A stretch of DNA of 64,000 bases, from contig OZ249436.1 of the NCBI GenBank assembly GCA_965235115.1, forward strand, positions 22,012,001-22,076,000. The letters are read 5' to 3'. Under the pieces are notes generated by a model. The model was not told the DNA's origin. It saw only the letters and a program-made list of their open reading frames with translations, and ran no database searches. Of the stretch, positions 25,801 through 38,461 are shown piece after piece; position 1 is the first letter of the stretch; every line of letters begins with the position of its first letter. The DNA is from Laetmonice hystrix. Lineage: Eukaryota. The translations under genes and the position numbers were made by a program.

Positions 25801-26222
25801 ATGGAGCCGCGGCAGTTTGTCACAAAAGTACAGGGCAGGTTACTGAGTAAAAGTAGACTCGTTTGTGGAGGGTGCCTCCTGTGGACAGAGGCCAGGACTG
25901 GTGGGGAGATTCACACTATGGGGTTCTAAGTCTTCGTTTGCCAGGTTCCTCTAAAAAGATTTATTTTCGTGTCCATAGATTAGCCTATCAATTACACTAC
26001 CTTATTCAACAACCAAATATTAACCACATTTCGGTTCAGATTTTAATGCCCCCCAACATCAATCTTCAGGGAGATAGGGTTGAAATTAGCCATTTGTGCC
26101 ACCAAACCCTGTGTGTGAATCCCTCCCACCTGACCCTTGAGCCACGTCCAGTGAATGCTGCAAGACGTGTTTGTAATGCACAGCAAGTTTGCACCCGGGA
26201 ACACACCCCTAGGCCCCCCTAA
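25801..26222 (+). pseudogene. His-Me finger nuclease, frameshifted, copy 9
   Basis: Same translation as copy 1; preceded by an LTDR-less junction. Confidence 0.85.
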
Positions 26223-26294
26223 CTGTTTTTTTCCTGGTAGGTGTAGCTCTAGTTTAGGTCTAACCCCGAGCTCTCTCACCGCCATAATTTATGT

Positions 26295-27077
26295 TCACAT
26301 TTTTGTGTAGGTATGGTCACTGTGCTGAGTCTGTTTCAAGGCAAGATTTTTCTGGTAATAAGTTTTAGAATCCTGTGGTTCGCAGGTGTCCTTAAGCTTA
26401 AAAAGTGTCCTTCTTTTGTTGATTCGTGCATTCTTTTTCTTTGTTGACCCCCTGGCAAGTTTTCTGGCCATGTCCTGCTGCTGACGTCGCAGCAGGCCAC
26501 GTGTCACCCGTGTACCAGGAGTGACTGGGGCTCCCACAAACTCCGCTTGACTCAGGATTGAATCACCAATCCCTCGATTTACAGCATTCACAGCACAGTG
26601 CACTCTGGCAGCAAAGTTCCTTGAAAATGTTTTGTTCTTGGGTGTTGTACTGCTTATGGCCCTGTTGACAGCTTCACATTTCTGGGTGGTTAACAGGTGT
26701 TTGGTCTTTTCCAGGACTTTCTGGCCCAGCCTGTATTCAATCAGTCTGACCAGTTTCTCCTTGTCACCATCCGTGCATGTAAGGCCAAAGCCCTCAGGCA
26801 GGAATGCACTGTGTGACAGCCAGTTTTTCTTCTTTTTTGCTTTGCAAGGCCTTGCCTTGCACAGCCGGCCCTCACTGTCGGTGATGGTGGCTGCAGCCTG
26901 ATCTCCTCTTCCACTGTGTGTAGGTGAGCGGAGTAATATGAATTCTTCTTTGGTGGGTCTTACATAGACACCTACGTCTGGTTCAGGCCTACCGGCCTGC
27001 TTTCTCAACTTGTAGGCGCAGTTACCAGGTTGAAAGCCATGTCTCCAGCTGTGCTTCTTTCTGCTACGTGATGTCAT
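26295..27077 (-). CDS. Internally deleted DDE transposase, 260 aa, copy 9
   Basis: Same translation as 5279-6061. Confidence 0.75.
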   Translation of the reverse strand: MTSRSRKKHSWRHGFQPGNCAYKLRKQAGRPEPDVGVYVRPTKEEFILLRSPTHSGRGDQAAATITDSEGRLCKARPCKAKKKKNWLSHSAFLPEGFGLTCTDGDKEKLVRLIEYRLGQKVLEKTKHLLTTQKCEAVNRAISSTTPKNKTFSRNFAARVHCAVNAVNRGIGDSILSQAEFVGAPVTPGTRVTRGLLRRQQQDMARKLARGSTKKKNARINKRRTLFKLKDTCEPQDSKTYYQKNLALKQTQHSDHTYTKM

Positions 27078-27801
27078 GGTAGTTTTCTAAGAAATTCTCT
27101 ATAATTTAGGCGAATTTTTTTCAAAATCCTGTTCTAATCAAACAGAAAAATGATACTGAGTTTGATCTGCCTGTTGGCTTCATATATACCCACTCCCACC
27201 CTCTTCCCAGGCAGCTCAGACTCTCAAGTGGCACCTTTGAACCCCTCCCCCTAATAACCTAGGCTTCCTGCCTGGGGTGGGTGACCACCTTTGAGGGGTC
27301 CATACATCCACACAGACACTTGGAGTACATCTCTTTTGATGTTTCTTTGAAGTGAACATCCTTCCCATATTCCCTCAACTGAATTTGACACTTTTGAAAT
27401 CCAACATAGGGAGATATGGGGATAAATATAATAAAATGGACCCTTTTTTTACTGAAAATATGACAGGGGATACTCACATGCTTCATAGGGAATGAAGATT
27501 CTCACTTTATATTTATTAATTTCAACTTTTGAACACTTTACATGTTGGCTTAATACATAACTAAAATGAGAAGTTCATAGATGAATTTATTCATTGTCTA
27601 ATTTGTGCACAAAGTCAGAATACTGCTATGAGTGCAGGGCAAAATAGGGGTTTTTTATCTCCGAGTGTCCATATTGTATATGATCGATAACTCAGTCTTC
27701 ATTTAGTCTACACCATTTATATTTTGTGTGGTTGTTGCAAACATATAACCATTAAAGGGGTCCAATTTTGAACAGATTCGGGGTGATGGGTCTTGATCTG
27801 T

Positions 27802-28251
27802 AGGTCATGACCCCCTATTTAGCCAATGGGCTGCTGGTTGTCCCTCAAAATGGTATGGAGTGAATGTATCTAGGGCCAAGAATGGATATAACCCCCCTGA
27901 ATGTGCTCATCAAATACCACAGAGAAAAAGTTCACTATATGATCAATAATATCAGTGTATTATTAGAGAATATCTGCTTAACTTTCCTTGGAAAATCTTA
28001 GCCAATATGTTATGTATCACAGGCCTGTATTCTGGTCGATTTGGTGGTGCCACCTGGGGTCATGTAACAGAAGCTCCGATAAAATAAAATCTAATCATTC
28101 AACCTATACGTAAATTGAGTTTTTATTGTCGGAAACATGCATATCTAACCTGCCATGCCAAGCAGACATTCGCAGAAATTATTTTAAACATTGAAAATGG
28201 CCAAAACATTACATTAAATTATAGAAGAAAATAAATAGTGGATCATAACCT
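27802..28251. repeat. LTDR, 450 bp
   Basis: Copy of 4238-4687. Confidence 0.88.
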
Positions 28252-28348
28252 GTAGGGGCCTGATGGGAAACTCACTATACAAAGGAATTTTACTTCTGGT
28301 TGCCAAAGTCAACATTCAGAGAGTGTCACCCATACCCACCAAAGCATC

Positions 28349-28770
28349 ATGGAGCCGCGGCAGTTTGTCACAAAAGTACAGGGCAGGTTACTGAGTAAAA
28401 GTAGACTCGTTTGTGGAGGGTGCCTCCTGTGGACAGAGGCCAGGACTGGTGGGGAGATTCACACTATGGGGTTCTAAGTCTTCGTTTGCCAGGTTCCTCT
28501 AAAAAGATTTATTTTCGTGTCCATAGATTAGCCTATCAATTACACTACCTTATTCAACAACCAAATATTAACCACATTTCGGTTCAGATTTTAATGCCCC
28601 CCAACATCAATCTTCAGGGAGATAGGGTTGAAATTAGCCATTTGTGCCACCAAACCCTGTGTGTGAATCCCTCCCACCTGACCCTTGAGCCACGTCCAGT
28701 GAATGCTGCAAGACGTGTTTGTAATGCACAGCAAGTTTGCACCCGGGAACACACCCCTAGGCCCCCCTAA
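28349..28770 (+). pseudogene. His-Me finger nuclease, frameshifted, copy 10
   Basis: Same translation as copy 1. Confidence 0.85.
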
Positions 28771-28842
28771 CTGTTTTTTTCCTGGTAGGTGTAGCTCTAG
28801 TTTAGGTCTAACCCCGAGCTCTCTCACCGCCATAATTTATGT

Positions 28843-29625
28843 TCACATTTTTGTGTAGGTATGGTCACTGTGCTGAGTCTGTTTCAAGGCAAGATTTTTC
28901 TGGTAATAAGTTTTAGAATCCTGTGGTTCGCAGGTGTCCTTAAGCTTAAAAAGTGTCCTTCTTTTGTTGATTCGTGCATTCTTTTTCTTTGTTGACCCCC
29001 TGGCAAGTTTTCTGGCCATGTCCTGCTGCTGACGTCGCAGCAGGCCACGTGTCACCCGTGTACCAGGAGTGACTGGGGCTCCCACAAACTCCGCTTGACT
29101 CAGGATTGAATCACCAATCCCTCGATTTACAGCATTCACAGCACAGTGCACTCTGGCAGCAAAGTTCCTTGAAAATGTTTTGTTCTTGGGTGTTGTACTG
29201 CTTATGGCCCTGTTGACAGCTTCACATTTCTGGGTGGTTAACAGGTGTTTGGTCTTTTCCAGGACTTTCTGGCCCAGCCTGTATTCAATCAGTCTGACCA
29301 GTTTCTCCTTGTCACCATCCGTGCATGTAAGGCCAAAGCCCTCAGGCAGGAATGCACTGTGTGACAGCCAGTTTTTCTTCTTTTTTGCTTTGCAAGGCCT
29401 TGCCTTGCACAGCCGGCCCTCACTGTCGGTGATGGTGGCTGCAGCCTGATCTCCTCTTCCACTGTGTGTAGGTGAGCGGAGTAATATGAATTCTTCTTTG
29501 GTGGGTCTTACATAGACACCTACGTCTGGTTCAGGCCTACCGGCCTGCTTTCTCAACTTGTAGGCGCAGTTACCAGGTTGAAAGCCATGTCTCCAGCTGT
29601 GCTTCTTTCTGCTACGTGATGTCAT
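28843..29625 (-). CDS. Internally deleted DDE transposase, 260 aa, copy 10
   Basis: Same translation as 5279-6061. Confidence 0.75.
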   Translation of the reverse strand: MTSRSRKKHSWRHGFQPGNCAYKLRKQAGRPEPDVGVYVRPTKEEFILLRSPTHSGRGDQAAATITDSEGRLCKARPCKAKKKKNWLSHSAFLPEGFGLTCTDGDKEKLVRLIEYRLGQKVLEKTKHLLTTQKCEAVNRAISSTTPKNKTFSRNFAARVHCAVNAVNRGIGDSILSQAEFVGAPVTPGTRVTRGLLRRQQQDMARKLARGSTKKKNARINKRRTLFKLKDTCEPQDSKTYYQKNLALKQTQHSDHTYTKM

Positions 29626-30444
29626 GGTAGTTTTCTAAGAAATTCTCTATAATTTAGGCGAATTTTTTTCAAAATCCTGTTCTAATCAAACAGAAAAATG
29701 ATACTGAGTTTGATCTGCCTGTTGGCTTCATATATACCCACTCCCACCCTCTTCCCAGGCAGCTCAGACTCTCAAGTGGCACCTTTGAACCCCTCCCCCT
29801 AATAACCTAGGCTTCCTGCCTGGGGTGGGTGACCACCTTTGAGGGGTCCATACATCCACACAGACACTTGGAGTACATCTCTTTTGATGTTTCTTTGAAG
29901 TGAACATCCTTCCCATATTCCCTCAACTGAATTTGACACTTTTGAAATCCAACATAGGGAGATATGGGGATAAATATAATAAAATGGACCTTTTTTTTAC
30001 TGAAAATATGACAGGGGATACTCACATGCTTCATAGGGAATGAAGATTCTCACTTTATATTTATTAATTTCAACTTTTGAACACTTTACATGTTGGCTTA
30101 ATACATAACTAAAATGAGAAGTTCATAGATGAATTTATTCATTGTCTAATTTGTGCACAAAGTCAGAATACTGCTATGAGTGCAGGGCAAAATAGGGGTT
30201 TTTTATCTCCGAGTGTCCATATTGTATATGATCGATAACTCAGTCTTCATTTAGTCTACACCATTTATATTTTGTGTGGTTGTTGCAAACATATAACCAT
30301 TAAAGGGGTCCAATTTTGAACAGATTCGGGGTGATGGGTCTTGATCTGTAGGGGCCTGATGGGAAACTCACTATACAAAGGAATTTTACTTCTGGTTGCC
30401 AAAGTCAACATTCAGAGAGTGTCACCCATACCCACCAAAGCATC

Positions 30445-30866
30445 ATGGAGCCGCGGCAGTTTGTCACAAAAGTACAGGGCAGGTTACTGAGTAAAAGTAG
30501 ACTCGTTTGTGGAGGGTGCCTCCTGTGGACAGAGGCCAGGACTGGTGGGGAGATTCACACTATGGGGTTCTAAGTCTTCGTTTGCCAGGTTCCTCTAAAA
30601 AGATTTATTTTCGTGTCCATAGATTAGCCTATCAATTACACTACCTTATTCAACAACCAAATATTAACCACATTTCGGTTCAGATTTTAATGCCCCCCAA
30701 CATCAATCTTCAGGGAGATAGGGTTGAAATTAGCCATTTGTGCCACCAAACCCTGTGTGTGAATCCCTCCCACCTGACCCTTGAGCCACGTCCAGTGAAT
30801 GCTGCAAGACGTGTTTGTAATGCACAGCAAGTTTGCACCCGGGAACACACCCCTAGGCCCCCCTAA
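30445..30866 (+). pseudogene. His-Me finger nuclease, frameshifted, copy 11
   Basis: Same translation as copy 1. Confidence 0.85.
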
Positions 30867-30938
30867 CTGTTTTTTTCCTGGTAGGTGTAGCTCTAGTTTA
30901 GGTCTAACCCCGAGCTCTCTCACCGCCATAATTTATGT

Positions 30939-31721
30939 TCACATTTTTGTGTAGGTATGGTCACTGTGCTGAGTCTGTTTCAAGGCAAGATTTTTCTGGT
31001 AATAAGTTTTAGAATCCTGTGGTTCGCAGGTGTCCTTAAGCTTAAAAAGTGTCCTTCTTTTGTTGATTCGTGCATTCTTTTTCTTTGTTGACCCCCTGGC
31101 AAGTTTTCTGGCCATGTCCTGCTGCTGACGTCGCAGCAGGCCACGTGTCACCCGTGTACCAGGAGTGACTGGGGCTCCCACAAACTCCGCTTGACTCAGG
31201 ATTGAATCACCAATCCCTCGATTTACAGCATTCACAGCACAGTGCACTCTGGCAGCAAAGTTCCTTGAAAATGTTTTGTTCTTGGGTGTTGTACTGCTTA
31301 TGGCCCTGTTGACAGCTTCACATTTCTGGGTGGTTAACAGGTGTTTGGTCTTTTCCAGGACTTTCTGGCCCAGCCTGTATTCAATCAGTCTGACCAGTTT
31401 CTCCTTGTCACCATCCGTGCATGTAAGGCCAAAGCCCTCAGGCAGGAATGCACTGTGTGACAGCCAGTTTTTCTTCTTTTTTGCTTTGCAAGGCCTTGCC
31501 TTGCACAGCCGGCCCTCACTGTCGGTGATGGTGGCTGCAGCCTGATCTCCTCTTCCACTGTGTGTAGGTGAGCGGAGTAATATGAATTCTTCTTTGGTGG
31601 GTCTTACATAGACACCTACGTCTGGTTCAGGCCTACCGGCCTGCTTTCTCAACTTGTAGGCGCAGTTACCAGGTTGAAAGCCATGTCTCCAGCTGTGCTT
31701 CTTTCTGCTACGTGATGTCAT
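30939..31721 (-). CDS. Internally deleted DDE transposase, 260 aa, copy 11
   Basis: Same translation as 5279-6061. Confidence 0.75.
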   Translation of the reverse strand: MTSRSRKKHSWRHGFQPGNCAYKLRKQAGRPEPDVGVYVRPTKEEFILLRSPTHSGRGDQAAATITDSEGRLCKARPCKAKKKKNWLSHSAFLPEGFGLTCTDGDKEKLVRLIEYRLGQKVLEKTKHLLTTQKCEAVNRAISSTTPKNKTFSRNFAARVHCAVNAVNRGIGDSILSQAEFVGAPVTPGTRVTRGLLRRQQQDMARKLARGSTKKKNARINKRRTLFKLKDTCEPQDSKTYYQKNLALKQTQHSDHTYTKM

Positions 31722-32540
31722 GGTAGTTTTCTAAGAAATTCTCTATAATTTAGGCGAATTTTTTTCAAAATCCTGTTCTAATCAAACAGAAAAATGATAC
31801 TGAGTTTGATCTGCCTGTTGGCTTCATATATACCCACTCCCACCCTCTTCCCAGGCAGCTCAGACTCTCAAGTGGCACCTTTGAACCCCTCCCCCTAATA
31901 ACCTAGGCTTCCTGCCTGGGGTGGGTGACCACCTTTGAGGGGTCCATACATCCACACAGACACTTGGAGTACATCTCTTTTGATGTTTCTTTGAAGTGAA
32001 CATCCTTCCCATATTCCCTCAACTGAATTTGACACTTTTGAAATCCAACATAGGGAGATATGGGGATAAATATAATAAAATGGACCTTTTTTTTACTGAA
32101 AATATGACAGGGGATACTCACATGCTTCATAGGGAATGAAGATTCTCACTTTATATTTATTAATTTCAACTTTTGAACACTTTACATGTTGGCTTAATAC
32201 ATAACTAAAATGAGAAGTTCATAGATGAATTTATTCATTGTCTAATTTGTGCACAAAGTCAGAATACTGCTATGAGTGCAGGGCAAAATAGGGGTTTTTT
32301 ATCTCCGAGTGTCCATATTGTATATGATCGATAACTCAGTCTTCATTTAGTCTACACCATTTATATTTTGTGTGGTTGTTGCAAACATATAACCATTAAA
32401 GGGGTCCAATTTTGAACAGATTCGGGGTGATGGGTCTTGATCTGTAGGGGCCTGATGGGAAACTCACTATACAAAGGAATTTTACTTCTGGTTGCCAAAG
32501 TCAACATTCAGAGAGTGTCACCCATACCCACCAAAGCATC

Positions 32541-32962
32541 ATGGAGCCGCGGCAGTTTGTCACAAAAGTACAGGGCAGGTTACTGAGTAAAAGTAGACTC
32601 GTTTGTGGAGGGTGCCTCCTGTGGACAGAGGCCAGGACTGGTGGGGAGATTCACACTATGGGGTTCTAAGTCTTCGTTTGCCAGGTTCCTCTAAAAAGAT
32701 TTATTTTCGTGTCCATAGATTAGCCTATCAATTACACTACCTTATTCAACAACCAAATATTAACCACATTTCGGTTCAGATTTTAATGCCCCCCAACATC
32801 AATCTTCAGGGAGATAGGGTTGAAATTAGCCATTTGTGCCACCAAACCCTGTGTGTGAATCCCTCCCACCTGACCCTTGAGCCACGTCCAGTGAATGCTG
32901 CAAGACGTGTTTGTAATGCACAGCAAGTTTGCACCCGGGAACACACCCCTAGGCCCCCCTAA
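32541..32962 (+). pseudogene. His-Me finger nuclease, frameshifted, copy 12
   Basis: Same translation as copy 1. Confidence 0.85.
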
Positions 32963-33034
32963 CTGTTTTTTTCCTGGTAGGTGTAGCTCTAGTTTAGGTC
33001 TAACCCCGAGCTCTCTCACCGCCATAATTTATGT

Positions 33035-33817
33035 TCACATTTTTGTGTAGGTATGGTCACTGTGCTGAGTCTGTTTCAAGGCAAGATTTTTCTGGTAATA
33101 AGTTTTAGAATCCTGTGGTTCGCAGGTGTCCTTAAGCTTAAAAAGTGTCCTTCTTTTGTTGATTCGTGCATTCTTTTTCTTTGTTGACCCCCTGGCAAGT
33201 TTTCTGGCCATGTCCTGCTGCTGACGTCGCAGCAGGCCACGTGTCACCCGTGTACCAGGAGTGACTGGGGCTCCCACAAACTCCGCTTGACTCAGGATTG
33301 AATCACCAATCCCTCGATTTACAGCATTCACAGCACAGTGCACTCTGGCAGCAAAGTTCCTTGAAAATGTTTTGTTCTTGGGTGTTGTACTGCTTATGGC
33401 CCTGTTGACAGCTTCACATTTCTGGGTGGTTAACAGGTGTTTGGTCTTTTCCAGGACTTTCTGGCCCAGCCTGTATTCAATCAGTCTGACCAGTTTCTCC
33501 TTGTCACCATCCGTGCATGTAAGGCCAAAGCCCTCAGGCAGGAATGCACTGTGTGACAGCCAGTTTTTCTTCTTTTTTGCTTTGCAAGGCCTTGCCTTGC
33601 ACAGCCGGCCCTCACTGTCGGTGATGGTGGCTGCAGCCTGATCTCCTCTTCCACTGTGTGTAGGTGAGCGGAGTAATATGAATTCTTCTTTGGTGGGTCT
33701 TACATAGACACCTACGTCTGGTTCAGGCCTACCGGCCTGCTTTCTCAACTTGTAGGCGCAGTTACCAGGTTGAAAGCCATGTCTCCAGCTGTGCTTCTTT
33801 CTGCTACGTGATGTCAT
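33035..33817 (-). CDS. Internally deleted DDE transposase, 260 aa, copy 12
   Basis: Same translation as 5279-6061. Confidence 0.75.
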   Translation of the reverse strand: MTSRSRKKHSWRHGFQPGNCAYKLRKQAGRPEPDVGVYVRPTKEEFILLRSPTHSGRGDQAAATITDSEGRLCKARPCKAKKKKNWLSHSAFLPEGFGLTCTDGDKEKLVRLIEYRLGQKVLEKTKHLLTTQKCEAVNRAISSTTPKNKTFSRNFAARVHCAVNAVNRGIGDSILSQAEFVGAPVTPGTRVTRGLLRRQQQDMARKLARGSTKKKNARINKRRTLFKLKDTCEPQDSKTYYQKNLALKQTQHSDHTYTKM

Positions 33818-34541
33818 GGTAGTTTTCTAAGAAATTCTCTATAATTTAGGCGAATTTTTTTCAAAATCCTGTTCTAATCAAACAGAAAAATGATACTGAG
33901 TTTGATCTGCCTGTTGGCTTCATATATACCCACTCCCACCCTCTTCCCAGGCAGCTCAGACTCTCAAGTGGCACCTTTGAACCCCTCCCCCTAATAACCT
34001 AGGCTTCCTGCCTGGGGTGGGTGACCACCTTTGAGGGGTCCATACATCCACACAGACACTTGGAGTACATCTCTTTTGATGTTTCTTTGAAGTGAACATC
34101 CTTCCCATATTCCCTCAACTGAATTTGACACTTTTGAAATCCAACATAGGGAGATATGGGGATAAATATAATAAAATGGACCCTTTTTTTACTGAAAATA
34201 TGACAGGGGATACTCACATGCTTCATAGGGAATGAAGATTCTCACTTTATATTTATTAATTTCAACTTTTGAACACTTTACATGTTGGCTTAATACATAA
34301 CTAAAATGAGAAGTTCATAGATGAATTTATTCATTGTCTAATTTGTGCACAAAGTCAGAATACTGCTATGAGTGCAGGGCAAAATAGGGGTTTTTTATCT
34401 CCGAGTGTCCATATTGTATATGATCGATAACTCAGTCTTCATTTAGTCTACACCATTTATATTTTGTGTGGTTGTTGCAAACATATAACCATTAAAGGGG
34501 TCCAATTTTGAACAGATTCGGGGTGATGGGTCTTGATCTGT

Positions 34542-34991
34542 AGGTCATGACCCCCTATTTAGCCAATGGGCTGCTGGTTGTCCCTCAAAATGGTATGGAG
34601 TGAATGTATCTAGGGCCAAGAATGGATATAACCCCCCTGAATGTGCTCATCAAATACCACAGAGAAAAAGTTCACTATATGATCAATAATATCAGTGTAT
34701 TATTAGAGAATATCTGCTTAACTTTCCTTGGAAAATCTTAGCCAATATGTTATGTATCACAGGCCTGTATTCTGGTCGATTTGGTGGTGCCACCTGGGGT
34801 CATGTAACAGAAGCTCCGATAAAATAAAATCTAATCATTCAACCTATACGTAAATTGAGTTTTTATTGTCGGAAACATGCATATCTAACCTGCCATGCCA
34901 AGCAGACATTCGCAGAAATTATTTTAAACATTGAAAATGGCCAAAACATTACATTAAATTATAGAAGAAAATAAATAGTGGATCATAACCT
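34542..34991. repeat. LTDR, 450 bp
   Basis: Copy of 4238-4687. Confidence 0.88.
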
Positions 34992-35088
34992 GTAGGGGCC
35001 TGATGGGAAACTCACTATACAAAGGAATTTTACTTCTGGTTGCCAAAGTCAACATTCAGAGAGTGTCACCCATACCCACCAAAGCATC

Positions 35089-35510
35089 ATGGAGCCGCGG
35101 CAGTTTGTCACAAAAGTACAGGGCAGGTTACTGAGTAAAAGTAGACTCGTTTGTGGAGGGTGCCTCCTGTGGACAGAGGCCAGGACTGGTGGGGAGATTC
35201 ACACTATGGGGTTCTAAGTCTTCGTTTGCCAGGTTCCTCTAAAAAGATTTATTTTCGTGTCCATAGATTAGCCTATCAATTACACTACCTTATTCAACAA
35301 CCAAATATTAACCACATTTCGGTTCAGATTTTAATGCCCCCCAACATCAATCTTCAGGGAGATAGGGTTGAAATTAGCCATTTGTGCCACCAAACCCTGT
35401 GTGTGAATCCCTCCCACCTGACCCTTGAGCCACGTCCAGTGAATGCTGCAAGACGTGTTTGTAATGCACAGCAAGTTTGCACCCGGGAACACACCCCTAG
35501 GCCCCCCTAA
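35089..35510 (+). pseudogene. His-Me finger nuclease, frameshifted, copy 13
   Basis: Same translation as copy 1. Confidence 0.85.
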
Positions 35511-35582
35511 CTGTTTTTTTCCTGGTAGGTGTAGCTCTAGTTTAGGTCTAACCCCGAGCTCTCTCACCGCCATAATTTATGT

Positions 35583-36365
35583 TCACATTTTTGTGTAGGT
35601 ATGGTCACTGTGCTGAGTCTGTTTCAAGGCAAGATTTTTCTGGTAATAAGTTTTAGAATCCTGTGGTTCGCAGGTGTCCTTAAGCTTAAAAAGTGTCCTT
35701 CTTTTGTTGATTCGTGCATTCTTTTTCTTTGTTGACCCCCTGGCAAGTTTTCTGGCCATGTCCTGCTGCTGACGTCGCAGCAGGCCACGTGTCACCCGTG
35801 TACCAGGAGTGACTGGGGCTCCCACAAACTCCGCTTGACTCAGGATTGAATCACCAATCCCTCGATTTACAGCATTCACAGCACAGTGCACTCTGGCAGC
35901 AAAGTTCCTTGAAAATGTTTTGTTCTTGGGTGTTGTACTGCTTATGGCCCTGTTGACAGCTTCACATTTCTGGGTGGTTAACAGGTGTTTGGTCTTTTCC
36001 AGGACTTTCTGGCCCAGCCTGTATTCAATCAGTCTGACCAGTTTCTCCTTGTCACCATCCGTGCATGTAAGGCCAAAGCCCTCAGGCAGGAATGCACTGT
36101 GTGACAGCCAGTTTTTCTTCTTTTTTGCTTTGCAAGGCCTTGCCTTGCACAGCCGGCCCTCACTGTCGGTGATGGTGGCTGCAGCCTGATCTCCTCTTCC
36201 ACTGTGTGTAGGTGAGCGGAGTAATATGAATTCTTCTTTGGTGGGTCTTACATAGACACCTACGTCTGGTTCAGGCCTACCGGCCTGCTTTCTCAACTTG
36301 TAGGCGCAGTTACCAGGTTGAAAGCCATGTCTCCAGCTGTGCTTCTTTCTGCTACGTGATGTCAT
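35583..36365 (-). CDS. Internally deleted DDE transposase, 260 aa, copy 13
   Basis: Same translation as 5279-6061. Confidence 0.75.
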   Translation of the reverse strand: MTSRSRKKHSWRHGFQPGNCAYKLRKQAGRPEPDVGVYVRPTKEEFILLRSPTHSGRGDQAAATITDSEGRLCKARPCKAKKKKNWLSHSAFLPEGFGLTCTDGDKEKLVRLIEYRLGQKVLEKTKHLLTTQKCEAVNRAISSTTPKNKTFSRNFAARVHCAVNAVNRGIGDSILSQAEFVGAPVTPGTRVTRGLLRRQQQDMARKLARGSTKKKNARINKRRTLFKLKDTCEPQDSKTYYQKNLALKQTQHSDHTYTKM

Positions 36366-37184
36366 GGTAGTTTTCTAAGAAATTCTCTATAATTTAGGCG
36401 AATTTTTTTCAAAATCCTGTTCTAATCAAACAGAAAAATGATACTGAGTTTGATCTGCCTGTTGGCTTCATATATACCCACTCCCACCCTCTTCCCAGGC
36501 AGCTCAGACTCTCAAGTGGCACCTTTGAACCCCTCCCCCTAATAACCTAGGCTTCCTGCCTGGGGTGGGTGACCACCTTTGAGGGGTCCATACATCCACA
36601 CAGACACTTGGAGTACATCTCTTTTGATGTTTCTTTGAAGTGAACATCCTTCCCATATTCCCTCAACTGAATTTGACACTTTTGAAATCCAACATAGGGA
36701 GATATGGGGATAAATATAATAAAATGGACCTTTTTTTTACTGAAAATATGACAGGGGATACTCACATGCTTCATAGGGAATGAAGATTCTCACTTTATAT
36801 TTATTAATTTCAACTTTTGAACACTTTACATGTTGGCTTAATACATAACTAAAATGAGAAGTTCATAGATGAATTTATTCATTGTCTAATTTGTGCACAA
36901 AGTCAGAATACTGCTATGAGTGCAGGGCAAAATAGGGGTTTTTTATCTCCGAGTGTCCATATTGTATATGATCGATAACTCAGTCTTCATTTAGTCTACA
37001 CCATTTATATTTTGTGTGGTTGTTGCAAACATATAACCATTAAAGGGGTCCAATTTTGAACAGATTCGGGGTGATGGGTCTTGATCTGTAGGGGCCTGAT
37101 GGGAAACTCACTATACAAAGGAATTTTACTTCTGGTTGCCAAAGTCAACATTCAGAGAGTGTCACCCATACCCACCAAAGCATC

Positions 37185-37606
37185 ATGGAGCCGCGGCAGT
37201 TTGTCACAAAAGTACAGGGCAGGTTACTGAGTAAAAGTAGACTCGTTTGTGGAGGGTGCCTCCTGTGGACAGAGGCCAGGACTGGTGGGGAGATTCACAC
37301 TATGGGGTTCTAAGTCTTCGTTTGCCAGGTTCCTCTAAAAAGATTTATTTTCGTGTCCATAGATTAGCCTATCAATTACACTACCTTATTCAACAACCAA
37401 ATATTAACCACATTTCGGTTCAGATTTTAATGCCCCCCAACATCAATCTTCAGGGAGATAGGGTTGAAATTAGCCATTTGTGCCACCAAACCCTGTGTGT
37501 GAATCCCTCCCACCTGACCCTTGAGCCACGTCCAGTGAATGCTGCAAGACGTGTTTGTAATGCACAGCAAGTTTGCACCCGGGAACACACCCCTAGGCCC
37601 CCCTAA
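37185..37606 (+). pseudogene. His-Me finger nuclease, frameshifted, copy 14
   Basis: Same translation as copy 1. Confidence 0.85.
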
Positions 37607-37678
37607 CTGTTTTTTTCCTGGTAGGTGTAGCTCTAGTTTAGGTCTAACCCCGAGCTCTCTCACCGCCATAATTTATGT

Positions 37679-38461
37679 TCACATTTTTGTGTAGGTATGG
37701 TCACTGTGCTGAGTCTGTTTCAAGGCAAGATTTTTCTGGTAATAAGTTTTAGAATCCTGTGGTTCGCAGGTGTCCTTAAGCTTAAAAAGTGTCCTTCTTT
37801 TGTTGATTCGTGCATTCTTTTTCTTTGTTGACCCCCTGGCAAGTTTTCTGGCCATGTCCTGCTGCTGACGTCGCAGCAGGCCACGTGTCACCCGTGTACC
37901 AGGAGTGACTGGGGCTCCCACAAACTCCGCTTGACTCAGGATTGAATCACCAATCCCTCGATTTACAGCATTCACAGCACAGTGCACTCTGGCAGCAAAG
38001 TTCCTTGAAAATGTTTTGTTCTTGGGTGTTGTACTGCTTATGGCCCTGTTGACAGCTTCACATTTCTGGGTGGTTAACAGGTGTTTGGTCTTTTCCAGGA
38101 CTTTCTGGCCCAGCCTGTATTCAATCAGTCTGACCAGTTTCTCCTTGTCACCATCCGTGCATGTAAGGCCAAAGCCCTCAGGCAGGAATGCACTGTGTGA
38201 CAGCCAGTTTTTCTTCTTTTTTGCTTTGCAAGGCCTTGCCTTGCACAGCCGGCCCTCACTGTCGGTGATGGTGGCTGCAGCCTGATCTCCTCTTCCACTG
38301 TGTGTAGGTGAGCGGAGTAATATGAATTCTTCTTTGGTGGGTCTTACATAGACACCTACGTCTGGTTCAGGCCTACCGGCCTGCTTTCTCAACTTGTAGG
38401 CGCAGTTACCAGGTTGAAAGCCATGTCTCCAGCTGTGCTTCTTTCTGCTACGTGATGTCAT
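37679..38461 (-). CDS. Internally deleted DDE transposase, 260 aa, copy 14
   Basis: Same translation as 5279-6061. Confidence 0.75.
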   Translation of the reverse strand: MTSRSRKKHSWRHGFQPGNCAYKLRKQAGRPEPDVGVYVRPTKEEFILLRSPTHSGRGDQAAATITDSEGRLCKARPCKAKKKKNWLSHSAFLPEGFGLTCTDGDKEKLVRLIEYRLGQKVLEKTKHLLTTQKCEAVNRAISSTTPKNKTFSRNFAARVHCAVNAVNRGIGDSILSQAEFVGAPVTPGTRVTRGLLRRQQQDMARKLARGSTKKKNARINKRRTLFKLKDTCEPQDSKTYYQKNLALKQTQHSDHTYTKM